Shown: piece after piece, positions 9,652 to 17,646 of the stretch
How positions within the stretch are numbered: position 1 is the first letter of the stretch
How the letters are laid out: every line of letters starts with the position of its first letter
Source: Faecousia sp.
GTDB lineage: Bacteria; Bacillota; Clostridia; Oscillospirales; Oscillospiraceae
Direction: 5' to 3'
Assembly (NCBI GenBank): GCA_045603825.1
Contig: JAZUMW010000121.1
Location: forward strand, 19,136-83,135
DNA: 64,000 nt
The notes under the pieces: generated by a model
Told to the model about the DNA's origin: nothing
Database searches by the model: none
The model's input: the letters and a program-made list of their open reading frames with translations, nothing else
Translations under genes and position numbers: made by a program

Positions 9652-11007
9652 ATGGACAAAAAACTGATCCACACCTGTGTTGAGAAAAACGCAAGTCAAA
9701 TCATCGCTTTGAGTGATCAGATCTGGAAATACGCAGAGCTTTCTATGGAGGAAGTTCAGTCTGCCAAGGCATATATCAGCGTCTTGCGGGAAAACGGCTT
9801 TCAGGTCCGGGAGCAGCTTGCTGGGCTGCCCACCGCTTTTCTGGGGTCTTATGGTTCCGGAAAACCGGTGATCGGTATTCTTGGTGAATATGACGCATTG
9901 TCCGGTCTGTCCCAGAAAGCCGCTGCGTTGTCTGCTGCGCCCGAACAGCCCGGTGGTTCCGGACATGGCTGCGGCCACAATCTCCTGGGAGCGGCCGCTC
10001 TGAGTGCCGCTATCGCCATTAAGGAACAGATCCAGGCAGGCCTGCTGCACGGCACGGTGGTTTTCTATGGTTGTCCCGGAGAAGAAGGCTGTGCGGGCAA
10101 GACATTCATGGCAAGAGACGGTATGTTCCGAAATCTGGATGCCGCTCTGTGCTGGCATCCCGACGATGTCAACGCCGTGACCACCGGCTCCAACGCCGCC
10201 AGTGTGCAGGTGGAATACACCTTTGAAGGCATCGCCTCCCATGCGGCCGGCGATCCGGAGCGCGGCCGTTCCGCGCTGGATGCGGCGGAGCTGATGAACA
10301 TTGGTGTTCAGTTCCTGCGGGAGCATATGCCGAAGGATTGCAGCGTGCATTACGCATTTACCAATGCCGGCGGTATATCCCCCAATGTGGTTCAGCCCGT
10401 TGCCAAGCTTCTGTATATGGTACGGGGTAAAAATGTCCGCAGCGCAAAGGCGCTACTGGCGCGGGTTGATAAGATCGCCCGGGGTGCTGCGATGATGACA
10501 GATACCACCGTTTCCAGCCGCCAGATCGACGGCACCTCCAACACAGTCTCCAATTCTGTTATTGAGAGAGTTCTGTACGAAAACCTCTGCATCATGCCGC
10601 TGCCGGAATATTCTGAGTCGGATTATGCCTTTGCAGAAAAGCTGAAAGCCACCTATACAGCCTGCGACGGAAAGGTGCTGAATACAGAAATCGCGCCTTA
10701 CGCCCCCAGCAATGACCTCAACCCCGGCTCTACCGATGTGGGTGATGTCAGCTGGCTGACACCCACCGCACAATTCACTGCGGTCACCTGGCCTGTGGGT
10801 ATTCCCGGACACTCCTGGCAGGTCGTTTCCGCAGGCAAGACTGCCATCGCGCACAAGGGCATGCTTTTTGCTGCCAAAGTGCTGGCCGGTACTGCTGCCG
10901 ATCTGATGGAGAAGCCGAACCTTCTCCAAAAAGCAAGAGCGGAATTTGAGATCGCGGTAGCAGACGGTTATGACTGTCCCATTACCGCGGATACAAAGCC
11001 TATATAA
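9652..11007 (+). CDS. M20 amidohydrolase (AbgB-like)
   Basis: EYDAL, GHGCGHNLLG, PGEEG, WHP, GSTDVGDVSW. Confidence 0.88.
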   Translation: MDKKLIHTCVEKNASQIIALSDQIWKYAELSMEEVQSAKAYISVLRENGFQVREQLAGLPTAFLGSYGSGKPVIGILGEYDALSGLSQKAAALSAAPEQPGGSGHGCGHNLLGAAALSAAIAIKEQIQAGLLHGTVVFYGCPGEEGCAGKTFMARDGMFRNLDAALCWHPDDVNAVTTGSNAASVQVEYTFEGIASHAAGDPERGRSALDAAELMNIGVQFLREHMPKDCSVHYAFTNAGGISPNVVQPVAKLLYMVRGKNVRSAKALLARVDKIARGAAMMTDTTVSSRQIDGTSNTVSNSVIERVLYENLCIMPLPEYSESDYAFAEKLKATYTACDGKVLNTEIAPYAPSNDLNPGSTDVGDVSWLTPTAQFTAVTWPVGIPGHSWQVVSAGKTAIAHKGMLFAAKVLAGTAADLMEKPNLLQKARAEFEIAVADGYDCPITADTKPI

Positions 11008-11010
11008 GTC

Positions 11011-11042
11011 AAAACAGGCGTGCTTAGCAGCACGCCTGTTTT
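11011..11042. terminator. Bidirectional intrinsic terminator
   Basis: AAAACAGGCGTGCT..AGCACGCCTGTTTT. Confidence 0.85.
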
Positions 11043-11764
11043 TATTGCACTTGTTTCGCTTTGATAAATTTACTGTATCCGCTGGCATAGTATTCCGGTT
11101 TGATCTGCAGCGTCTGACCAGGCCTGATCCAGGGGATCACCTCAATATAGGTGATGCCTCCCAGGTAGAGTGCGTCTTCATAGAGGTAGTGTTTATAAAA
11201 CAACCATATGTCGTTCAGCGTTTTTTCGGTTGTATTTGTAACCGCCACGGTTCCCATATCCACATCCTGCAGCAGAAGCACGCCATCGGGCAGCGGGGGC
11301 TCCTCAGTGTACTGCACCCATCCGTAACACGCACCGCAAGGCTCCTGCGTCCACCCTTTTCCGCTTTGTTCAATGATCAGAACTCTTCCGCCCGCAGGAA
11401 TATTGGTGCCGAAAAATACCAGTTCATCTTGGTCGAATTTCAGTTTGACCTCAGCAAGCTCTATCTCCTCAGTCCCGAAATTATACACTTCAAGAGCAGC
11501 GGCATCTACAAGAAATCGTTCTGTTTCATTCTCGATCATATCTCCCTCATACATGGCAAGGGAGTTTGCGATCAGTGTCGTTCCCTCAACTATAAAAGGA
11601 AAATGTAATACATCGGTCTCCTGCGGCTGTGTCGGTTGCGGACCAACCGCAAATACCGCAGTGATGCCATCATCCTTCAAGGCGCTGATGACAAAAGCAA
11701 ACATTATACAAACCGCACCCAGCAGTGCCAGCACGGCTGTGATCCCCAACAGTTTTTTCCCCAC
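11042..11764 (-). CDS. Hypothetical membrane-anchored/exported protein
   Basis: ORF track; probable GTG start at 11764 after G-rich RBS; N-terminal hydrophobic helix; YEG...E motif. Confidence 0.65.
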   Translation of the reverse strand: MGKKLLGITAVLALLGAVCIMFAFVISALKDDGITAVFAVGPQPTQPQETDVLHFPFIVEGTTLIANSLAMYEGDMIENETERFLVDAAALEVYNFGTEEIELAEVKLKFDQDELVFFGTNIPAGGRVLIIEQSGKGWTQEPCGACYGWVQYTEEPPLPDGVLLLQDVDMGTVAVTNTTEKTLNDIWLFYKHYLYEDALYLGGITYIEVIPWIRPGQTLQIKPEYYASGYSKFIKAKQVQ

Positions 11765-11912
11765 GTTCCCTGCCCCCTTTTGTGACGTGAACTCATTATA
11801 GAAGGCATTTTTAGGCTGATTCAAGGGAATCGGGGTAAGCTTTACCGTTCGTCAAAAGAACCGTTTGACAAGTCTCAATCCTTTTCTGGCAGGGTGTCGG
11901 GGAAAATGCAAG

Positions 11913-11941
11913 CGGCGGGAAGTTTAGAAAACTTCCCGCCG
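11913..11941 (-). terminator. Hairpin ending the ATP-grasp cluster
   Basis: CGGCGGGAAGTT..AACTTCCCGCCG just downstream of the stop at 11952. Confidence 0.6.
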
Positions 11942-11951
11942 TAATTTGCAG

Positions 11952-13139
11952 TTATTGCGCAAACAGATCCAGATAATACTCCTGCATCTGCTCCTGTGTA
12001 TCGAAAAGACACACATACATGACATTTGCCATGCAGCCGGCCAGCGCATCCGGAATACGGTCCTGCATTTTCATACAATGTCCGTACTTCGCCATAACTG
12101 CGTCGTGGTCCATCTTATAGGATTTGCCGTCACGTCTGCCAGCAAAGACACAATAGCGCTTTGTGCCCAGAGGCTTTGTGCTCTTATCAAATGCGATCAT
12201 ATCCGCCCAGATCTTGTACACATCGGTTTCGTTGCCGTAGTTGTACATATCCGGTGTATAGCCGCCGGCAGGACGCATATTGACCTCCAGTCCAACCAGC
12301 TCACCCTTCTTTCCCAAGCCCTCCTGGTCCTCGTTCAGGCGGAAGAACTCGAAGTGAATGAAGCGGCTCTTGACGCCAAAGGCTGCTACTGTACGCAATC
12401 CGGCATCCCGTACATCCTCGGGCACCTCTTTATACAGGTAGTATGCACAGTCAGCGCTGTCGTTGACCACATCCATCAGAGAAACCGGTGTCACATTTCC
12501 GGACTCAAACAGGGGTTGTCCCTGGGCGCCGATAATAGCATCGTATGTACAAACGGTACCCTTGACCATCTCTTCCATGATGTAAATTACATCATCCTTG
12601 GTATCGATAAAGTTGCGTACCTCTTCATCGCTCTTCAGGCGGAAGGTACTGCTGGCACCAACACCGTTGTCAGGCTTGACAACCACCGGGTAACCGACCT
12701 TGTTGGCAAAAGCTACAGCATCCTCATAGCCTTCCACCAGATGATACCGGGCAGTGGGAATACCAGCCTTTGCGTAATAAGCCTTCATGGCAGACTTTCG
12801 CTTGACACTTTCCATATCCTCAGCCATAAAACCGGAAGTGATATGGAATTCCGTACGCAGCTTTGCGTCGCGTTCCAGCCAGTATTCATTGTTGGATTCC
12901 AGCCAATCGATCTTACCGTACTTATAAGTGAAGAAAGCAACTGCCTTGAATACTTCGTCATAGTTTTCCAGATTACCGACCTTGTAGTATTCGTGGAGGC
13001 TGTCACGCAGTTCCTGCTTCAGTTCGGCATAAGGACAATCGCCGATGCCCAACACCCGCAGGCCGTTGTTCTTCAGCTCAGCACAAAACTTCCAGTAAAT
13101 AACGGGAAAATTTGGAGAAATAAAAATAAAATTCTTCAT
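11952..13139 (-). CDS. ATP-grasp domain protein (uncharacterised ligase)
   Basis: Start MKNFIFISPNFP; YPVVVKPDNGVGA, HFEFF, LEVNMRPAGG. Confidence 0.85.
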   Translation of the reverse strand: MKNFIFISPNFPVIYWKFCAELKNNGLRVLGIGDCPYAELKQELRDSLHEYYKVGNLENYDEVFKAVAFFTYKYGKIDWLESNNEYWLERDAKLRTEFHITSGFMAEDMESVKRKSAMKAYYAKAGIPTARYHLVEGYEDAVAFANKVGYPVVVKPDNGVGASSTFRLKSDEEVRNFIDTKDDVIYIMEEMVKGTVCTYDAIIGAQGQPLFESGNVTPVSLMDVVNDSADCAYYLYKEVPEDVRDAGLRTVAAFGVKSRFIHFEFFRLNEDQEGLGKKGELVGLEVNMRPAGGYTPDMYNYGNETDVYKIWADMIAFDKSTKPLGTKRYCVFAGRRDGKSYKMDHDAVMAKYGHCMKMQDRIPDALAGCMANVMYVCLFDTQEQMQEYYLDLFAQ

Positions 13140-13153
13140 TGCGCTGACTCCTT

Positions 13154-13891
13154 TCAATACAAGAATTGAGGAACATAATGTGTGACCATCTTATACCACC
13201 AGGGCCAGTCGTGATCCACATCATAGCCCCAGTAGTCGATCTGCGCGGAAATTCCCTTGCTGCGCAGCACATTTTCCAATCTTCTGGTGCTGGCGATCAG
13301 CGGCTCTTCCCACTTACCCTGACCCACAACGATCAGGATTTTCCGTTCGTTGTACATGGGGATATAATAATGGTCGCCAGGCATATTGGCGATATAATTT
13401 ACAGGACAGTTGTTATATACCAGATCGTCCATGTAGTCTCCAAAGAAGTCCAGAGAATCGTACAGGCCGGAAATTGCAAACACGGAATCAAACAGATCCG
13501 GCCGGCGGAAGAACAGATTGGCCGCATGCATGGCGCCCATGGAACAACCAAAGGTCAAGATCCCCTGCCAGCCGCTCATGCTGTGAATGGTGGGAACCAT
13601 TTCTTCCACAACATAATTGTACCAGCGCTCATGGTTTTCGATACGCCAGCGGTTATCGGCGCCCTGTGCCGCCCAGGCTTCATTGTCAATAGTGTCGATG
13701 GAATAGACCGTACAGCGGCCCTCCTCGATCCACCGGCCCCAGTAGTCGGTCATGCGGAAATTTTCGAAGTCATAAAAGCGGCCTGCCTGGCAGGGAATGA
13801 ACAATACGGGTTTTCCGCCATGACCGTATACTTTGAACTCCATATCTCTGTTCAAGTGGCTGCTGTAGTGTTTATGATACTGAATCTGCAT
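13154..13891 (-). CDS. Esterase-family alpha/beta hydrolase
   Basis: GCSMG nucleophile elbow; DHDWPWW. Confidence 0.85.
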   Translation of the reverse strand: MQIQYHKHYSSHLNRDMEFKVYGHGGKPVLFIPCQAGRFYDFENFRMTDYWGRWIEEGRCTVYSIDTIDNEAWAAQGADNRWRIENHERWYNYVVEEMVPTIHSMSGWQGILTFGCSMGAMHAANLFFRRPDLFDSVFAISGLYDSLDFFGDYMDDLVYNNCPVNYIANMPGDHYYIPMYNERKILIVVGQGKWEEPLIASTRRLENVLRSKGISAQIDYWGYDVDHDWPWWYKMVTHYVPQFLY

Positions 13892-13906
13892 TATTTTACC
13901 TCTCTT

Positions 13907-14662
13907 TTATAACCCAAGACAATCCATAAAAATTGGGATCTGCTGTTCCCAGGAGCTTTCGGAGTGGGTTCCTCCGGGCACAATACGAAATGCCAGATTG
14001 ACACGCTTTGTCAGAAGCAGATGGGATGTGGAGATCAGCGCCTCTGCATTGGCTGCATGGTTGAACATCTCCTCACTGCCGTAGTCCATGTAGATGCAGG
14101 TATCTCTGCGGATATGGGCACGGGCGATCATTTCCAGCACCTTTCCAGGTGCCACCCACAAACTGGGTGACAGACACACGGCTCTCTGGAATACATGATT
14201 ATACACAGCAACGCCGTACAGTGCCATAAGGCCGCCCATGGACGAGCCGCCGATCATGGTATTCATGCGATCCGGCAGGGTGCGGTAATTCTGGTCGATG
14301 TAGGGCTTCAGCACACCTACAAGCCAGTTCATGTAGACATTGCCCTTGCCCTTGATCTTGCCCATAGTGGCATTCTCAAAGGTCATGGGAGAATACTCCA
14401 CAAGACGGCTGTTCCCTTCATGATTGCACTCTACCGCAACGACGATCAGATCTGTTTTTGTTTTATCCAGATACTTACCCAGGCGCCAGGATCTGCCATA
14501 TGTTGCATCGCTGTCCAGGAACACATTGTGTCCGTCGAACATGTATAAAACGGGATACCGACGATCTTTCTCTTTCTTATAAGAAGCCGGCAGATAAATA
14601 TATGCGCGGCGTTCTTTATCACCGGAAAGCTTGGGGATCGTTACATTCCACTTTTTCAGCAT
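13907..14662 (-). CDS. Esterase-family alpha/beta hydrolase
   Basis: RYPVLYMFDGHN, GSSMGG, GGTHSE..W. Confidence 0.85.
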   Translation of the reverse strand: MLKKWNVTIPKLSGDKERRAYIYLPASYKKEKDRRYPVLYMFDGHNVFLDSDATYGRSWRLGKYLDKTKTDLIVVAVECNHEGNSRLVEYSPMTFENATMGKIKGKGNVYMNWLVGVLKPYIDQNYRTLPDRMNTMIGGSSMGGLMALYGVAVYNHVFQRAVCLSPSLWVAPGKVLEMIARAHIRRDTCIYMDYGSEEMFNHAANAEALISTSHLLLTKRVNLAFRIVPGGTHSESSWEQQIPIFMDCLGL

Positions 14663-14750
14663 GGATCATCGGCCTCCATAATAAATGGTATAATAGTTTA
14701 TTATACTCTGTTATGACGGAATTGTCAAATTCTTGACAGGAAGAAAGCGC

Positions 14751-15170
14751 TTACTCCCGGGCGGTCAGAAAGGTATGAACCTCTGTCAGGATGTGTTTTA
14801 GATTACCAAACTGAAATACAGATATTGCGTCCTCAAAGGTAAGCAAATGAATACTGTTCAGTTCCGACTCCTGCGCTACAGGAACCTGTCCGGAATACTC
14901 TCCTAAAAAATACACAACCTTTTTGAAGCGCACTTCCCCGTTATAGTGAAACAGATAGGAATCTTCCACCTTAAACCCATCGATCAAATTCACGGTCAAA
15001 CCAACTTCTTCTTTGACCTCACGCAAAGCTGTATCTGTTTCAGTCTCATTCCCCTCCACATGTCCTTTCGGGAAACCGTAAAAGCCCTGCCTGGATCGAA
15101 CAATCACATATTCTATTTGTCCGTTGTCTTTTGTAAAAACAACTGCGCCGCAGGATTTTTCTGTTATCAT
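14751..15170 (-). CDS. NUDIX hydrolase (Ap4A hydrolase-like)
   Basis: EKSCGAVVF; Nudix box PKGHVEGNETETDTALREVKEEVG. Confidence 0.9.
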   Translation of the reverse strand: MITEKSCGAVVFTKDNGQIEYVIVRSRQGFYGFPKGHVEGNETETDTALREVKEEVGLTVNLIDGFKVEDSYLFHYNGEVRFKKVVYFLGEYSGQVPVAQESELNSIHLLTFEDAISVFQFGNLKHILTEVHTFLTARE

Positions 15171-15214
15171 TTCGCAGATTCCTTTGTAACCGAAAAAACT
15201 TCATAATGCTGATC

Positions 15215-15386
15215 AGCAGGTGACGAGGCTCGTTTACATTTTCTTTCGCTATGCGAAAGAAAATTATTGTAGCCACCAGTGTTTGCACCGGTGGCAGGAA
15301 TATGCCACCGGCATATTGCATTTAAACTATTCGAGCCATCGTCAATCCAAAAAATAAAGGTCGCCCAAAGGCGACCTTTATTTTTT
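15215..15386 (-). repeat. tRNA-Gly-linked structured element ending in a displaced copy of the tRNA 3' arm
   Basis: 15215-15232 matches tRNA 15389-15406 at 15/18; inverted copy at 15330-15344; three internal hairpins; terminator 15349-15386. Confidence 0.75.
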
Positions 15387-15461
15387 GGAGCGGGTGGCGG
15401 GGCTCGAACTCGCTACCTCCACCTTGGCAAGGTGGCGCTCTACCGGATGAGCTACACCCGC
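15386..15461 (-). tRNA. tRNA-Gly(GCC)
   Basis: 76 nt cloverleaf, acceptor GCGGGTG/CACCCGC, anticodon arm CCACC-TTGCCAA-GGTGG, TTCGA, encoded CCA. Confidence 0.96.
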
Positions 15462-15473
15462 GGAACAAGTGGT

Positions 15474-15501
15474 ATTATAGCAGATATTCCGGATTTGTCA
15501 A
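15474..15501 (-). promoter_or_regulatory. Sigma-A promoter of tRNA-Gly
   Basis: Minus-strand TTGACA, 16 bp, TATAAT. Confidence 0.8.
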
Positions 15502-15536
15502 TACCTTATTGACAAATTTTCACTGCATAACGCAAC

Positions 15537-16754
15537 TTATTCACCAGGCGCAGGAAGTATTTCCTCTGTAGGTTCTTCCGGCAAAGTTTCTTCCGGTACC
15601 TCCTCCGGCTCAACCGTTTCATCAGGCTGTGTATCCACTTCCGTATCAGCTGTTTCCTGCTTAATAGTGGGCTGTCCGGGTTTTTCCGCAGCGGGATAAG
15701 CCGAATAGTCCCATACATAGCCGTTCATATCTTCGTCAGACAGCAACTGCAGTGACCCCGCAGCGTGAGAACGCAGCAGGTCAACATGGTAGTATGTACC
15801 GTCTTCGCAAATCAGATTCCAGACCCAGGGTTCACCGGAATGTGTTCCGGAGATCACATGGCATTCCAGATCCGCACCGGCGCACATCGCTGCAAACACC
15901 GTCGCAAAAGCCTTGCTGTCACCTACGCCGTGGCGCAGCAGGCTGTACGCCGGCGTTATGGAAGTTTCCACCTGGCAATCATTTCGCTCCATCAGAAAAG
16001 CGTACATGCGGGAGAACTTTGTATGCACATCTTCCTCGCCGCTGACATTCAAATATGCCGCACTGAACACAGGCTGTACATAAGACTGCATGGAACGCAA
16101 CACATCTCTGCTGGTCTGATAGGTAAATGTCAGCTCCAACACACGCACCTTGCCGGACTGCGGATAAACGGCAGCGGAGACCTGCGGCATTTCCATACAC
16201 ACATCCGGATTTGCATCCACATAGTCCTGGATCTTTTGTACAAGATCCGTGTCGATGTAGTCTTCAACCAAAACCACAACGCTTGCGCTGCAGTCTTCAA
16301 GGGCTTTTACGACGGCAGCCAATGCAGAATCCATATCCTTTGTGCTTTTTATCCGCAGGATTTCCGAGCGGCTGCGGTTATAGGAAATGCTCACAGCAAT
16401 GGCTGTTCTGCCGGTACTGGTGCCGATCTCATAGGTGATTTCATCCACAGCATAAGCAGCAATAGGATCCTGCTCCGTAACAACACGGATCGCGCTGTTC
16501 ATTACAACACTCAGCTGTTCATCCTCGATCCCGTTGACATAGATCATACAACTTTCCTTTGCAGCCGCGATCTGCTCTGTCAGCAGGTTTTTAATATCTG
16601 TATAATTGGAAGCCTCAAGGGAATCCTTTGTCTGTTCCTCGTAGTATTCTTGATGAGGCCTTACCGAAGAATAGTCTCCCTTAAGCCAGGAATCACATCC
16701 CGTAAGCATGGCAAGCGTCACGATTGCCATCAGTACAGCTATCAACTTTTTCAT
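15537..16754 (-). CDS. Lipoprotein with transglutaminase-like domain, probably inactive
   Basis: Lipobox LTGC; GDSKAFA..., WVWNL, YYHVD pattern; acidic Pro-rich tail. Confidence 0.7.
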   Translation of the reverse strand: MKKLIAVLMAIVTLAMLTGCDSWLKGDYSSVRPHQEYYEEQTKDSLEASNYTDIKNLLTEQIAAAKESCMIYVNGIEDEQLSVVMNSAIRVVTEQDPIAAYAVDEITYEIGTSTGRTAIAVSISYNRSRSEILRIKSTKDMDSALAAVVKALEDCSASVVVLVEDYIDTDLVQKIQDYVDANPDVCMEMPQVSAAVYPQSGKVRVLELTFTYQTSRDVLRSMQSYVQPVFSAAYLNVSGEEDVHTKFSRMYAFLMERNDCQVETSITPAYSLLRHGVGDSKAFATVFAAMCAGADLECHVISGTHSGEPWVWNLICEDGTYYHVDLLRSHAAGSLQLLSDEDMNGYVWDYSAYPAAEKPGQPTIKQETADTEVDTQPDETVEPEEVPEETLPEEPTEEILPAPGE

Positions 16755-16770
16755 CCTGGCTCTCCTTTCC

Positions 16771-17634
16771 TTACAGCGCGTCTTTATTGTATTTGGTAAA
16801 TCCATCTCCCAACACCTGATGGGCTTCCTGAACGATCACAAATGCCTCCGGATCCACTTCCGCAACGATCTGCTTCATCTCAGCGATTTGCTGCATTTTT
16901 ACAGCAGTCAACACAACTTTTGTTTCTTTGTGGTGGTAGCTGCCTTCGCCATAAAGAAATGTAGCGCCCCGTCCCAGATCCTTACCCAAGCGATAAGCTA
17001 CTTCCTCATGCTTTTTGGTGATAATCAGCGCTACCTTGGAGTAGTCAAAGCCGTACACAACTGCGTCAAGTACCCGTCCTGTTACAAATATGGCAATACC
17101 GCAGTACAGCGCCTGATTGATATTCTTGAAGACAATGGCGGTCAGTATGGCAACAAGCGCATCAAACACCATATTGATTACACCGATGGGAATATACTGG
17201 AATTTCCGCTTCAGCAGCCTGACGATAATATCCGAGCCGCCTGTGGAAAAGCCACAGGAAAACACCAAGCCAAGGCCAAGGCCGCACAATATTCCGCCGT
17301 AAAGCGCACCGATAACCGGTTCTGTTTCCGGTACAGGCATCCCCGCAAACAGGTCGATAAAGGCAGACAGCAGGATCATGCCCAGCAGAGAACCCCAAAA
17401 AAACCGTTTGCCAACCTTCAATCCGCCGATAATAAACAACGGCAAGTTAATCAACGCGGAAATGACACCCACACTGCCAATATGGATCAATTCATAAATC
17501 ACCATTGAAAGGCCGGTGATGCCGCCGGTGTTCAAGCCGTTCGGCTGTAAAAACAAGCTGAAACCCGCACCGAAAATGGCACAGCCTATCACGGTTTTGA
17601 TCACGCTGAAAACTAACTCTTTTTTTGTTTTCAT
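16771..17634 (-). CDS. YitT-family membrane protein
   Basis: GGITGLS, STGGSDII, RGAT...G.Y, DPEAFV. Confidence 0.9.
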   Translation of the reverse strand: MKTKKELVFSVIKTVIGCAIFGAGFSLFLQPNGLNTGGITGLSMVIYELIHIGSVGVISALINLPLFIIGGLKVGKRFFWGSLLGMILLSAFIDLFAGMPVPETEPVIGALYGGILCGLGLGLVFSCGFSTGGSDIIVRLLKRKFQYIPIGVINMVFDALVAILTAIVFKNINQALYCGIAIFVTGRVLDAVVYGFDYSKVALIITKKHEEVAYRLGKDLGRGATFLYGEGSYHHKETKVVLTAVKMQQIAEMKQIVAEVDPEAFVIVQEAHQVLGDGFTKYNKDAL

Positions 17635-17646
17635 CTCATTATCACC

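Noticed and set aside
15046-15512. Short ORFs across tRNA-Gly and its downstream element
   Set aside because: Overlap a tRNA and hairpin-rich DNA; no coding signature
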